Shown here: one piece after another, positions 49,601 to 62,339 of the stretch
Layout: every line of letters starts with the position of its first letter
Numbering within the stretch: the stretch's first letter is position 1
Assembly (NCBI GenBank): GCA_951406725.2
Contig: OX597826.1
Span: 39,990,001-40,054,000 of the forward strand
Source: Octopus vulgaris
Lineage: Eukaryota
Length of the DNA stretch: 64,000 bases
Reading direction: 5' to 3'
Notes under the pieces: model-generated
Seen by the model: only the letters and a program-made list of their open reading frames with translations
Database searches by the model: none
What the model was told of the DNA's origin: nothing
Position numbers and translations under genes: made by a program

Positions 49601-50836
49601 AGACAAATTTGTTGTTGAAAATGCACCTAAATTTGTTTTTAAATAAATTTATTTTCATATACACCAAACTAGTTTCAATAATAGCTTTTGCTTATTAATG
49701 GTAAAAATTCAGAATTATTAATTAGAAAAACATGTTTAAAATTTTCTATGTTGGCAAGTTTAAATGGCGCCAACAAAATATGAGATGGCACCAATCGCTC
49801 TAACTGTGGAACTTGCATCTTCCTCTTAGAGGGCTCAACATATAAATTTGAGTCTGGTCAAACTTTTACCATAAAAAAATCACTTCACCTATGCTTCGAA
49901 GAACTTATGTTCTCAAATGTGGAGGGTGTGGTGGAGACTACATAGGTCAAACTTGTGTAACCTTGAGGAACAGACTAACGGTGTACAGGGAACACATCCG
50001 GGACCCCACGACCAGGGAAATTCCTGTAAGCAAACCCGTAGACCAATGCCCCGTAAACATAAACCCGAAATACCAAATTTTCCCTCTCTATCAATGCACC
50101 GGAAACACTTCAACCCAATTCCATTTAAATAAACCACTGCTGAATATCCTTTAGAAAGATATATAGCAAAGATATATAGAAAGATATATAGAAAAACATT
50201 AAAGAGAAAAAGGAAAAAGGCTCAATTTCTCCCCCAAAAATAACCAGGCAATTAAAAAAAATTAGTAACAGTCTTCCACCTGGGTTTTAATCTTTTAAGA
50301 GAATCAAACGACTGGAACGGCTGATGACCGTTCCCCAGAGGGAATCCAACCAGGCAGAATGACAAACTTGATCACCAGAAAAAAAAACGTCACCAGTATT
50401 TTAACGAATCAAAAATCAGATCCCTTCGGGGAAACAATTATAATTCCAAAAGCGAAGATCACTGCACATGAGGGAAAGAGAACCACAGAAAGTCTAAACC
50501 AAATCCCTTTTTTTTACTATCTTCATTTCTCCATCTTAACGTAGTATCACTGAAACTTTAATGTTATTCATTTCTTGTCGACTACGACTAATACTATTGA
50601 AATTTGTACATTTAAACAAGTCCATCAACAGTTCTTATTTTATTGACTGTTATGAACATTTGAACTCGCCAACATTGAAACTTTTAAACATGTTTTTCTA
50701 ATTCATAATTCTAAATGTTTGCCATTGATAAACAAAAAATATTGTTAACAAAAGTTTGTTATCTATGTAAATATATTTATTTTAAAACAGTTACAAGTTT
50801 TTCAGATTTGGGTGCATTTTCAATAACAAATTATCT
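49601..50836 (+). mobile_element. 5'-truncated Penelope-like element (GIY-YIG) between inverted terminal repeats (49601-49766 / 50657-50836)
   Basis: NCGTC...YVLKCGGCGGDYIGQT..LRNRLTVYREHI...IFPLYQ. Arms AATTAGAAAAACATGTTTAAAA / TTTTAAACATGTTTTTCTAATT and TTGAAAATGCACC / GGTGCATTTTCAA. Confidence 0.85.
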
Positions 50837-51193
50837 ATATTTTTTCCACCTTGGAAATACATCCCCTCTTTATATATATATATATATATTTATACACACA
50901 CACACATACACACACACATATATATATATTGCTTTATTGTTCTAGTTTTATTTACTATACTTCATTATATATTTATTATTTACTATACTTTATCCCTAAT
51001 CATACTCTAATCAATCTGTAAACCATTCACCCATGAATACAAAACATAAGCTGTAATATTTAGTCTGCTGAAATGAATTGATAGGTTCACATATAACCTC
51101 TCAAGGAACAAATTTATTCTTCTGATGAAAATATGTTCACGTCATATAAATGCAAATTTAATGTACAAGCTTGTAATTAAATTATTGAATATT

Positions 51194-51396
51194 TGTTGTA
51201 TCGCACGTTTGACGTACGATATAACGGATAATAAATGACGTCCTCGCAAATCATTCTACTCAAGATACACAATACTTGTAATTACACTCGACAATACGCA
51301 ACTCTCGGCTTTACATAGCTCACTGCATTTCTACTTATATTGTGGCACAGTCCATAAGGAGCCAACCAAATAGGGGTGTTCTACATCCACATAACA
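51194..51396 (-). repeat. 3' LTR of Gypsy element
   Basis: On -, polypurine tract AAAAGGGAGAGC immediately precedes TGTTATG...; the LTR ends ...GATACAACA (TG...CA). Confidence 0.7.
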
Positions 51397-54300
51397 GCTC
51401 TCCCTTTTGAAATTGGCTTCGTCCTTCTTTTATTCATTTATTTATACTTTTATATTTATTATTTCCTTGGTGAGAAACTGGCAGATTTGTTTCTCTTGGC
51501 GTAATTTCCATCATTTCTGTATGTTTTCTTTTCCTGTTCGACCTACATGACGGTTCTGCTTTCACTTGTGGTTCTGGGACCTCGAACATGTCATACCATA
51601 TATCCATTGGCTCATCTTGCCTTTCCTGATTTTTTATATATCTTTTCCTTAATTGGTTAAAATGTCTTTTTTCACATTTTGGTCCTTTTACCATGTACGT
51701 CACATTACCCAGACTTCCCGTTATATTACCTTGTTTCCAGTCCTATTTTCCATTTTTATACATTTTAAGACACACTTCGTCACCTGTATTAAAAAATGTT
51801 GTTCTTTTTCCCGAATTAAGCATTTTCTGTTTATTACTCGACAACAATTTGTCAAGCACAGAACAAATCTTTCTGAAGAACATTAAATCTGCGGGTGACC
51901 TACCCGACTCTGTATTTGTATTCGGTGTTATTCTGTACACATGTAAGAACTTTGTCATATTTCTATCTTCAAAAGTTTCCCGTCTGGTCTTTCTTAAGGT
52001 TCTCTTGAATGTGTCGACGAATATTTCCGCCAACCCCTCTGACTTTGGATGGTATGGCGGAGTTAACACATGCTTCATTTGGACTGATTTACAGAATTTT
52101 TTGAACTCCTTCACCGTGAATTGTGTGTAATTATCTGACACGATCATATCGGGCACTCCATAACGAACGAACAATTCTTCCAAGAAGTCAATAGTCACAT
52201 TTGTGGTTAGTCTTGAACATTTACACTCTTCAGGCCATTTCGAATAGCTTTCCACCACGGTGATATAATAAGAGCCATTTATTAGTCCTGCAAAATCCAC
52301 ATGCAGTCGAGACTATGTTTTTGGTCACGGTTGTATCCACACTTGGGGTGCCTTTGCTGTCATAGCGCAACCCCTACATTGTTTTACGAGTCTCTCAATT
52401 TGTTTGTCCATATACGACCAATACACGTAACTCCTCATGAACATTTTCATCCGGGCCATTACCGGACGTCTTAAATGTAAGTTTTTCAATATTCTGTTTT
52501 GCAGTGCTTCAGGTATTACCACCTTTTGTGCATACAATAATACACCATCACATGCTGAATAATGATTTCAATCTGCTTTCCGCTCATTTAGTATTATTTT
52601 CCACATAATTTTTTTATCTTGATTATGAACGTATCTTTTTCCCATGTTACTGGCAAATCACGTATTACATTGCACAAAATGCTCTTCAGCTCCATTTCTA
52701 GTTTTAAAGATGCAATCATCGTGTCTACAAAAGGTTCTCTATATTTTGAAATTAGCTTAGAAAACCCGTCTGTGTGTCCCATTTTCTTTGATGGCAAAAC
52801 CTCCATCTGATAATCATAGTTAATCCCTCAGCGCTGTAAACGGTTTGCTGAATACGTGGCGATACTCTTTTTCGAACGGGAAATAGACAGTAACTTTCGG
52901 GATCAGTCTGCAGTGTAAATTTCCTACCGTGTAGGAATTTATGGGCTTTTTTTACTGCAAAAATTACTGATAAAGCCTCCTTTTCGATCTGGCTGTAGTT
53001 TTTTCTGCTACAAGAACACTTGATGCATATGCAGTAGCTTTGATTTTACCATCATTAAATCTATACAATATCCCAACTCCTATACCATATTAACTGGTAT
53101 CCGATGCCACAACTATTTTCAAGTTTGGGTCGAAATGAGTTAATGATAACTTTGATGTTAACCTTTTTTTTTAAATTCTTCGAATGCTTTCTGACATTCG
53201 TTTGTCCCATTTCGTGTCTTTCTTCAACAAATTATTCAACGGCACTCTTAGCTCATATATTTTAGGTATGTACAACTGGTTATATCTTACCAAACCAAAA
53301 AATGCTTGAAATGCTGTTTTGTTTGTGAGTGGACGCATATTTTTCTTATCGCGTCGAACCTAGAAGGGTCCCACTTTCGTTTGTTTTCATCGATCACCTG
53401 TCCCAAGTACTTTGTTTATGTTCACTTACTTTAAATCCATAGTCGCTTACTCTTTTAAAGACATTTTTATAGGTTCAATATGCTGGTCCCTCGATTCCCT
53501 TTTGATCAATATGTCATCCAAGTGTGGGACCGCAAACTCACAATCTACTAGCATAGTGTCCATCACTTGCTGAAATATTGCTTGTGAGACCTTAACCCCA
53601 AATGGCAGTCGTTTGAAACGGTACAGACCTTTATGAGTATTAATTGTTAATACTTTAGCACATTCTTCGTCTACCAGTAATTGGAGGTAGACCTTTAACA
53701 AATCCAGCTTGGAAAATTTTTCCCACTATTAGAGTCAGTAAATATTTCTTCTGGACTTGAAAGTGTATAACTAATTTTTAAACAATCATTAGGACCTGTT
53801 GAGAAGTCCGCACATGCTCTTATTTCGTTGTTTTACTATTTTACATATACAGTCGGAGCCGCCCACTCTGAATAGTTTACTTTTTGAATTATTTCCATGT
53901 CTTCCAATATTTTTAGTTCTTTCTTAACTTGATTTAACGCTGGAAAATGCACATTCCTTTTCAGTTTGAACAACGGCACCGCATTTTCTTTCAATTCAAA
54001 CTTTGATTTTTTACACGTTCCGAGTTCCTTTGAGATCACACGAGGGCACGTCTTCTTTAATTCTAATTTCGATTTTTTCCTACGCATTATCTGACACTGA
54101 CTGTGATACATTCACGCATTCAATGGTAGATTACACAGTTCGAATTATTCCATTAAATCTGTGCCGAAGAGATTTATTGTATTTTTAGATACCATTATTT
54201 TACTTTACTGCGTCATTTCTTTAAGTTTTTTTTCTGGCAAAATTCCGCCCAAGAGTTGAACTCGTTCCCCTGATGCACCGTAAGCTATCTTGGTAGTTGT

Positions 54301-54590
54301 TTTGTATACAGGCCTTCATATTTTAATCCATGTTACCAAATTAATTATCGATACGCTTGAACCGATATCTAATTGCATTATAGACCATAAATTTTTACCG
54401 ACACAAAATTTCAGTTTTCTATGTTATAGTTTATTTTTATTGAGTAGACTTTCTTCGGTTTCGTATTTTTTACATTTCTCTTCAACCAGCATTTTGTCTG
54501 TCTATGCCCAATTTTACCGCACTTAATATATTTTTTTTATCTTTGAAGAGGCAATCTTTCTTAAGATGCAGGTCTCCGCTACCATTACAC
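51194..54590 (-). mobile_element. Gypsy (Mag/K02A2.6-like) LTR retrotransposon relic: protease, RT, RNase H, integrase
   Basis: QLDIGSSVSII; SEWAAPTVYV; INTHKGLYRFKRLPFGVK..AIFQQVMD..HLDDIL; HFDPN.KIVVASD; DFAG..VVESYSKWPE..YGVPDMIVSDNYTQF..PPYHPKSEGLAE. Many frameshifts; no 5' LTR seen. Confidence 0.93.
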
Positions 54591-54644
54591 GGTTTTAGAT
54601 TTATATGTGTTTGTTTTCATTCAATACTTTGTTTACACGTTTGT

Positions 54645-54805
54645 ATATTATTATTATTATTATAATAATAATAATAATAATAATAATAATTATTATTATT
54701 ATTATTATTATTATGATTATTATTATTATCATTATTATTATTACTATTATTATTATTATTATCATTATTATTATTATTATTATTATTATTTTTATTTTTA
54801 TTATT
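54645..54805. repeat. (TAA)n/(TTA)n microsatellite
   Basis: Directly visible. Confidence 0.95.
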
Positions 54806-55089
54806 GTCTTCTATTTTGCTTGTATCTTCTTGAATGCTTATTATTTGTTATGACTGCGTATGTGATGGAGGGAACGCTGGAAAGTTATTTTTTTTTAAAG
54901 CCGTTAATAGATTTAGCCTCAAATGCAATTTAGAGAAAGAGAAGTCAGAGAAAGAAAGAAATTGGCAGAAAACCAAGAGTAGAAAAATGTAGTGCGATAG
55001 ATGAATGGGAATAAAGCTTAAAGGTATGGAAATATATTTATAAATATATATATATAAATGAAATGTAAGAAGACAGTTAAAGAAGTGCA

Positions 55090-55710
55090 CTAAGTTTATC
55101 CGGTTCGACATTTCTAGTTTCTATTCCTTTATTAACCCAATTGTAGTCAACAAGGTATTCTGGTTCGCACACAACAAAACAGGTCTCACCAGGAATAAAA
55201 TTAATATCGTATTAGCCGCTAGAAAATCAATCATTAAGCTGTGGATCCGTAAAGATATGCCTGACAGTTTTGATGTTACGATGGGAAGTTCTGATTCAGC
55301 ACGAATCACTGATTTGGATGGTATATATACACTTTATGGAGGCGCAATGGCCTAGTGGCTAGGGCAGCGGACTCGCGGTCGTAGGATCGCGGTTTCGATT
55401 CCCAGACCGGGCATTGTGAGTGTTTATTGAGCGAAAACAACTAAAGCTCCACGAGGCTCCGGCAGAGGATGGTGGCGATCCCTGCTGTACTCTTTCGCCA
55501 CAACTTTCTCTCACGCTTTCTTCTGTTGGCCTGCTCGCTTAGCCAGCGGGGTGGCGTCATTTAAAGGCTAAAACAATGCGAAGCGCATTGTGACCAGCGA
55601 TATGTAACAACATCTGATGGCCTCGTCGGTCACGGTGATCACGGTGATATACCCTTTATAAGATGGCTGCCCAATTCCCAAACATCATTGGAGGTCCATA
55701 TCGTGACAGT
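55090..55710 (+). mobile_element. Penelope-like RT fragment interrupted by a SINE
   Basis: Removing 55338-55659 gives a continuous frame FIRFDISSFY...AARKS..WIRK..SFDVTMGSSDSA.ITDLDGIYTLYK...GPYRD. Confidence 0.8.
55338..55646 (+). mobile_element. tRNA(Arg)-like octopus SINE, tail type A
   Basis: A box TGGCCTAGTGG, B box GGTTTCGATTCCC; TSD ATATACACTTTAT (55325-55337) / ATATACCCTTTAT (55647-55659). Confidence 0.9.
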
Positions 55711-55714
55711 TGTT

Positions 55715-56005
55715 TACTCTACCTTACGCTTATTGTCCGATCGCCGTATACTGCATTAATATTCCTGCCACTTTCCGTTGCATTGTTGCCTTTATTGAAC
55801 ATATAAAGCAAAATATGCCAAATATGCCTCTTTGTCATTATAGCTTTGAAAAGATCACTGTTAAAATCGAACTGCACTAAGAATAAAGACAAAGTAAAAT
55901 TACTACCTGCCCTTATAGCAACTTGATGCAGGTAGTTTATCCCTTCCCCTCCGACATTTAGTTCATGCAATTGAAAAAAACCGCATGATTTATGGGATGA
56001 CCAAA
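55715..56005 (-). mobile_element. Mariner (Mos1/SETMAR-type) left end with HTH start
   Basis: MTKRHIWHILLYMFNKGNNATESGRNINAVYGDRTISVR resembles the mariner N-terminal HTH. Confidence 0.75.
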
Positions 56006-56042
56006 CATATATAGATGATAGAAGAAGTACTAAGGATTATAA

Positions 56043-56121
<79 letters not shown>

Positions 56122-56137
56122 AATGATGATGATGATG

Positions 56138-56195
<58 letters not shown>

Positions 56196-56319
56196 CAATA
56201 ATAATAATAATAATCCTACGGATTATTAACAAATAATCCCTATGATTGATTTGTTCGACTAAAATATTTTAAGGCGGTACTCCAGCTGAAAAAGGTATAA
56301 GAATAAAAGAATATATAAA

Positions 56320-56500
56320 TTTAGCATCATCTGCGTAATAACATTGTACCGTGCTTTACAAAGCTCCTCAACAGGTATCGGTTGCTGTATGTTGCCATAC
56401 CGCCGGAATTTTCCTTTTCCTGGATATACCTGTGGATATCCGTTAGTGTCCAGAATATTCATACCCCAAACATTATAACACAAGAAGATTGATTGAACAG
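56320..56500 (-). mobile_element. Possible decayed non-LTR RT fragment
   Basis: GYPQ... followed at RT-like spacing, with frameshifts, by YYADD. Confidence 0.3.
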
Positions 56501-57237
56501 GCTTTAACCCAAATCATCATAATTTTTTCTATACATTAGTATTGCTGAGTGTTTCACACATTATAGACGCTATTGCATTAAATTGACCCAACAAACAGCT
56601 GTGCATCTACAAGTATTCAGGGGAATGGGGTTGAGGGCACAACTTGATCACCGATAGTTTCCCATACACTATTTCCAGAATTTTCTTGAGAAAGAGCACC
56701 ACCGAAATACAAAGAAATACAAGTGGTAAAACATACCAAAAATAAATTTATAGATAAAAATCAAAAATATAAAATAAATACACCGGTCAAAATAAATTAC
56801 AGGAACCAAGCATGAAAATATAAAATATAAAATAAAATAAACTCCTTATTCAGTCCATTCTTTAGCTTCGATGTGTCTCGGCTTTTATAAAGATAGATGA
56901 ACCCCCAAAGATTAAGATGTCGCAGATATATTGACTGAAAGAATTTTTATCTCTTGTATTTGTAAGCGTTCGACTTCAAAGGATATTATTTGTACGTGGA
57001 CATTACGCGAGCGCAAACTCACGTGTGTGTGTGTGTATGTTTGTGTGTACGTATGTGTGTGCTTGTGTGTGCGCTTGTGTATGTATGCTTGAATATGTGT
57101 GTGCATAGGTATGTATGTTTTGATGTATATAATCTCTTAATTATTTCAGTTTGTGTATTATTTAAGAATATCTATGGGAATTATCGGAATGAGAGTGGAT
57201 AGTTATGCAGACAGATATGTTTGCGTAGTCACTTATA

Positions 57238-57272
<35 letters not shown>

Positions 57273-57577
57273 GCGCGCGCGCACACACACAAAGAAGGCC
57301 ACGCACACATTCAGTGAGCGAGAAACACATACACATCTGTATGTGAATATCTGTGCGTGTGTGTGTGTCTGTTTGTCTCCCGTGAGTGAGTGAATGTATA
57401 TACTTAAGTAAGTGTATACTTGTTTACGAATCCATTTGCACGCGTGTATATAAAAAATACACACTTGCATCGAATAGGTTTTCTATTAAAATACATTGTC
57501 TCGAGAACGCAACTATGATCAAGTTTGATGCTTTTTATGGAGATATTTTCTATATTCATTAGTTTCTTAAAATTTGT

Positions 57578-57750
57578 TCAGAACAAAGACATTTCCAAAT
57601 CCATCATCACCGTTGAAGAGGTTGAAGTGATGTTGTTGTATGTTACTCTCTCCTTAAAATTGGCATGACCTAAGTGACTGGTGTCGTTGCTAACGCTAGA
57701 ATCTAGAATTTCACCGTCATTTGTGAAATAGCTTTGTTTCAGAGTGATTT
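57578..57750 (-). CDS. Candidate terminal coding exon of an unidentified host gene
   Basis: Pyrimidine-rich acceptor TGTCCCCTTCCATTTGTATAAAG (AG at 57752-57751), then a stop-free non-repetitive frame EITLKQSYFTNDGEILDSSVSNDTSHLGHANFKERVTYNNITSTSSTVMMDLEMSLF*. No homology recognised. Confidence 0.3.
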
Positions 57751-57857
57751 CTTTATACAAATGGAAGGGGACACAATAATTGATGACAAGCAATAACACA
57801 AGTTACAATAATACATAGCATTGACAAACAGCTATGACGTTGGATGGATTGATAGAT

Positions 57858-57957
<100 letters not shown>

Positions 57958-58019
57958 GGATTGATAGACAGACAGACATAGATACATACATACATATACA
58001 CTTACCAACACACGCGCAT

Positions 58020-59570
58020 ATATATAGTGAAAAATACTGTGAAAAATGAAGAAGACTATATGTATAATGGCTAGGAGACTATTGCAGCGGCAACGACCAG
58101 TGTGGGCCAGGATTATCAGATAGCCAAAAAGGGTGGGTATGTTAGAGGGTTGTAAACATGATAGATGAAGTCTTCAGACTATATAATATTATAGCATCTG
58201 GCATGGTTTATGGATGGGGTGGAGTTAAACCTAAAGTGGTTTTAATAGTGCCAGATATAGAAGTAGAAATATATTGCAATATTACTGAAAGTGTATGTTC
58301 ATTAGGAATAAATGAAATATTTAGTTATCACTATATTCCATCAGCGTAATTTATTACGAATTAAGATGAAATAGATAATGTAGATACAATTTATGATAGA
58401 ATACAGTAAATAAATAGGTTGAGTTAAAAAATCTGATAAATATATAAAATTCAGTGTATGAAGTGTTTAATTTTAATAGGTAATACATAGACTATAAACC
58501 GGGTGAATGGTTGGAATATGAATTAAGAGAGAAGAATAAAGTAAAATCATACTATAAAATAACATAAAATAAGATACGCTAAATATATTAAAATAATTAT
58601 GTAAGCGTATGCTATATCTGAATATGGATCAGTAAAAATAATGTTAGATAGCTATATGGAGGTCGTTGTTTAAATGAATGTGGATTTGTGGTAAGATATT
58701 AAAATCTTAAAGATTCTGTGAACGCAAGAAATGAACGTTTTATGCGTGTTTAGTAATTGTGATGGGCTATGCAACAGAATTTGTATACATTCTTTTGAGC
58801 ATAACCAACACAGAGCATTTTAACCTCGATATGGAGGACCCCAGTAAATTATAGACCAAACTATATCATGTGGTATATTTTATTCTTTAATGGGGTGTGT
58901 ATGTTCGGCCAGAGAAGTAGATTTCCTGCGTTTGTCTCATGTAAACGAATTTAAATGGAATAAGTATCTTTGCTTAAAATTATCAGTAGCTCCACTATAA
59001 ACCTTGGTGCAGTTTTACTGCCTGATTATGACTGATTATATACTACTTCAGTAGAGGCGCAATGGCCCAGTGGTTAGGGCAACGGACTCGCGGTCATACG
59101 ATCGCGGTTTCGATTCCCAGACCGGGCGTTGTGAGTGTTTATTGAGCGAAAACACCTAAAAACTCCACGAGGCTCCGGCAGGGGATGGTGGTGATCCCTG
59201 CTGTACTCTTTCATCACAACTTTCTCTCACTCTTACTTCCTGTTTCTGTTGTACCTGTATTTCAAGGGGCCGGCCTTGTCACTCTCTGTGTCACGCTGAA
59301 TATCCCCGAGAACTACGTTAAGGGTGCACGTGTCTGTGGAGTGCTCAGCCACTTACACGTTAATTTCACGAGCAGGCTGTTCCGTTGATTCGGATCAACC
59401 GGAACCCTCATCGTCGTAACCGACGGAGTGCTTCCATACTACTTCAAATCTTTTGCAGTCGGCTTGTGATTAATCCGTATTTTAGAAGTTACAATTGGAG
59501 TTATTTGTTTTAGGGATCTTTGTATTGATATAGTTAGGAAACCTATAATGGGTTAAGTTAGGAGAATGTT
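58020..59570 (-). mobile_element. Penelope-like element 3' part (GIY-YIG and terminal repeat), interrupted by a SINE
   Basis: On -: CKRFEVVY [SINE] KVYSGATDNFKQRYLFHLNSF...STSLAEH...IVWSII...PY...CWLCSKE...LLN...SCVH. Degenerate CTAT-CTGATAA...ATAG motif at 58078-58123. Confidence 0.8.
59051..59435 (+). mobile_element. tRNA(Arg)-like octopus SINE, tail type B
   Basis: Same head as the 55338 copy; perfect 11-bp TSD ATACTACTTCA (59040-59050 / 59436-59446). Confidence 0.92.
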
Positions 59571-59574
59571 TATG

Positions 59575-61300
59575 TGTTGAAAAAAATCCATGAAGTTATT
59601 TGCCACCGAATTGGAGAAATTTAATTTATGGGATACACCGATAAACGTTTTTTGAAATAAGGTAAACGGAGTAGACAGACGATCAAACGAGGTTGATTAA
59701 CTGAGAAAAAAAATGAAAGAAACTTTCCCAAAAGTTTTTTCAGAACGTTTAGGCTATTCCACAAAAATAAAAGCAAGGATGGCTAGCAAAGAAAATTCAA
59801 CACCTATTTTCAGGCCCAAGTGGAACGTGTCGTTTGCGGCGGTAGACCAGGTCGATAAAGAACTAGAAAGGTCGGAAAGCCTGAACGTAATTGAAAAGAT
59901 TGACCATGCAGACTGGGCAGTACCGGTAGTCTACGGAAATAAAATAGTAAGCTAAGCGTGTGCGCAGACTTCCCAAACGGATTAAACGACTCTTTACTCT
60001 CACACAGTTACTCACTACCAAGCCCAGAAGAAGTATTTACTACACTAAAGGGAGGGAATATTTTCTCGAAGTTAGACCTTTCAGAGACGTAACATCAATT
60101 TCAGTTAGAGGAAGGTTGCACACAATTACTAAGAATCAACGCGCACCGTGTATTGTACAAGTTCAAACGACCGCCGTTTGGGGTAAAAGTGGCACCGCCA
60201 TATTCAAACAAATAATGAATGCGATGTTAAGTGATTGCGATTTCACCATCGCATACCTCAATGACATTTTGATAAAGAGCGAGTGTCGGGTGCAATACGT
60301 AGTACACATAAGGAAAGTACTCGAGAGAATAATCGAATAGGGGCTAAAACTGACATAAGAGAAATGCGAATTTTGGATGGAAAAATTATAATACCTAAGT
60401 CAAGTAATCAACGAAAGTGAACGTTGACCAGACCCACCAAAGGCGACGGCAATACGAAATATGCCACCCCCGACGAAAGTGACAATGCTACAAGCATTCC
60501 TAGGCTTGGAAAATTAACACCAAGTGTATATCCCAAATATAGATAGGTAAAGACACCACTTCATCGATTACTAAAAAAAAAATGCCAAATGGGTTTGGAG
60601 AGAGAAATGCCAGAAAGCATTTAACGAGTTAAAAGATGTACTGGCTTCAGACTTGTATCTTACGCATTTCGACACAAAGTTAGAGATAATACTAGCTACA
60701 GATGCTAGCGGGTATGGGATAGGAGCCGTGCTCTTACACAAGGATAACGATGGCAGGAGAAAGGCCATAGCTCACACATCAAGGACATCATTTCCAACGG
60801 AAAAGCGCCATAGCCATGTTCATTCACTGCAGGAGTTTTTGGTTGCAAACGGACCATAGAACTCTAATAACGATATACAGTTCCAAGAAATGAATTCCGG
60901 CACGCACGTCAAACAGACTGACGTGGTGGGGTACCATTCTATTAAACTGATTATAGAATGGAATATCTGCCTTCAAAATAGTTGGGGCATGCTGATGGTC
61001 TTTTTAGGTTAATTCTGAGAAATAACGAACCGCTGGAGGACACCGTAATAGCATCACCATGAGCGGAAACGGAAACAGAAAAAGTGATGTGAAACATCGT
61101 GCGTGAACTACCAGTAATATTGGAAGATTTTGTTGTTAATGCGAGACAAATTTATTAGTGAGACAAAAAGAAAACTGTGGTCGACAAAAGGAAACAAAGA
61201 AAGGTCTGAGGCAAAGAACCGCCAAGATGTGAGCGTTTACTCTATATGTGATGGTGTACTAATGTATGCTCAGAGGGTGGTGATATTACAGAAGAAAACG
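59575..61300 (+). mobile_element. Gypsy (Mag/K02A2.6-like) pol relic: RT and RNase H
   Basis: FPKVFSERLG, DWAVPVV, AIFKQIMNAML..AYLNDIL, LTHFDTKLEIILATDASGYGIGAVLLH and DGVLMYAQRVVI; related to the 51-54 kb element. Confidence 0.9.
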
Positions 61301-61644
61301 TTTTGGTTTATGTTTTTCACTGTTTGATTTGCCTAATAGTGGTTTTATCTCTAATTTAATATATATATATATATATATACTGTACAGGTTTACAGGAGGA
61401 TCATTCTCAGAAGGGCTATCAATGTTAAATTCTGTTAAGTTGGGCAAACGTCTGCCCGATATATCTTTAAACAACGTATTCCTTATATAAAGGATCTCCT
61501 TACTGAAACGCTAAGCTGTAAATAGATGCATTATTGTCAGACATATTTTAATTTGTCGACAAATTAGAAATTCTTATCGACACCCCTTTAACAACCCCAT
61601 TAGTAATGCAGTTATATATATATATATATATATATATATGAATT

Positions 61645-61710
61645 TAGTTCACGGACCCCTGTACTACCTGTACCACCAGGGGTCGGTGAACCCCAGGCTG
61701 GGAGCCACTG
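61645..61710. mobile_element. hAT (Charlie-like) terminal fragment
   Basis: Ends GAACCCCAGGCTGGGAGCCACTG; the reverse complement CAGTGGCTCCCAGCC resembles CAGTGGTTCCCAA hAT TIRs. Confidence 0.5.
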
Positions 61711-62339
61711 GTCTACAAAGTGCGGCGGCGAGATTGCATACCAATATTTCTATATGAATGTTTTAAACATCACCTATACTGCAGCATATTTATATAAACA
61801 TTGCTTACATCTTCACATATTTTTATACCCATTGTTTCGAAACAATTCATGAAAAAAATACCACTAAATATGTACGTTTAAATACAATTTTATAGTTAAA
61901 AACAACATGAAACGAAAGATTACCAAAGCTGTGGATAGCTTTAAATTTAAATTTGATAAAAGTTTGTTGAAACTTTGTCTATATTGAAAATAAATACATA
62001 TTTCAGTGAATAGATTAAATCTTCATAGCTATAGGCAGAAGTTTTCTTTGACCAAATCGTGACTATAATCATTATGTACAATGTACCTATGATCTTAACA
62101 AAGATATATATGAAGCCAAAAAGTTTGGTTTTATACAAAGGTTAAAACATTTGTGGAACTCCAAAGAACCAGAATTAGATTTTTTTTCACTGAAATATTT
62201 AAATAAACAAGCAACGTTTGCTACATCTAACGGAAATGTCTTATTCAAAGCCGGTTGACACTATAAAACTAGCTATAGAAGATAATCATTGAACTTCTGC
62301 TGATAGACAGACAAGGTAAATCAATAAGTGAACATCGTA

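Noticed and set aside
55338-55415. tRNA gene (also 59051-59130, 21490-21564, 41313-41400)
   Set aside because: A and B boxes are present, but they continue into SINE bodies, with TSDs at least for the 55338 and 59051 copies; they are SINE heads, not tRNA genes.
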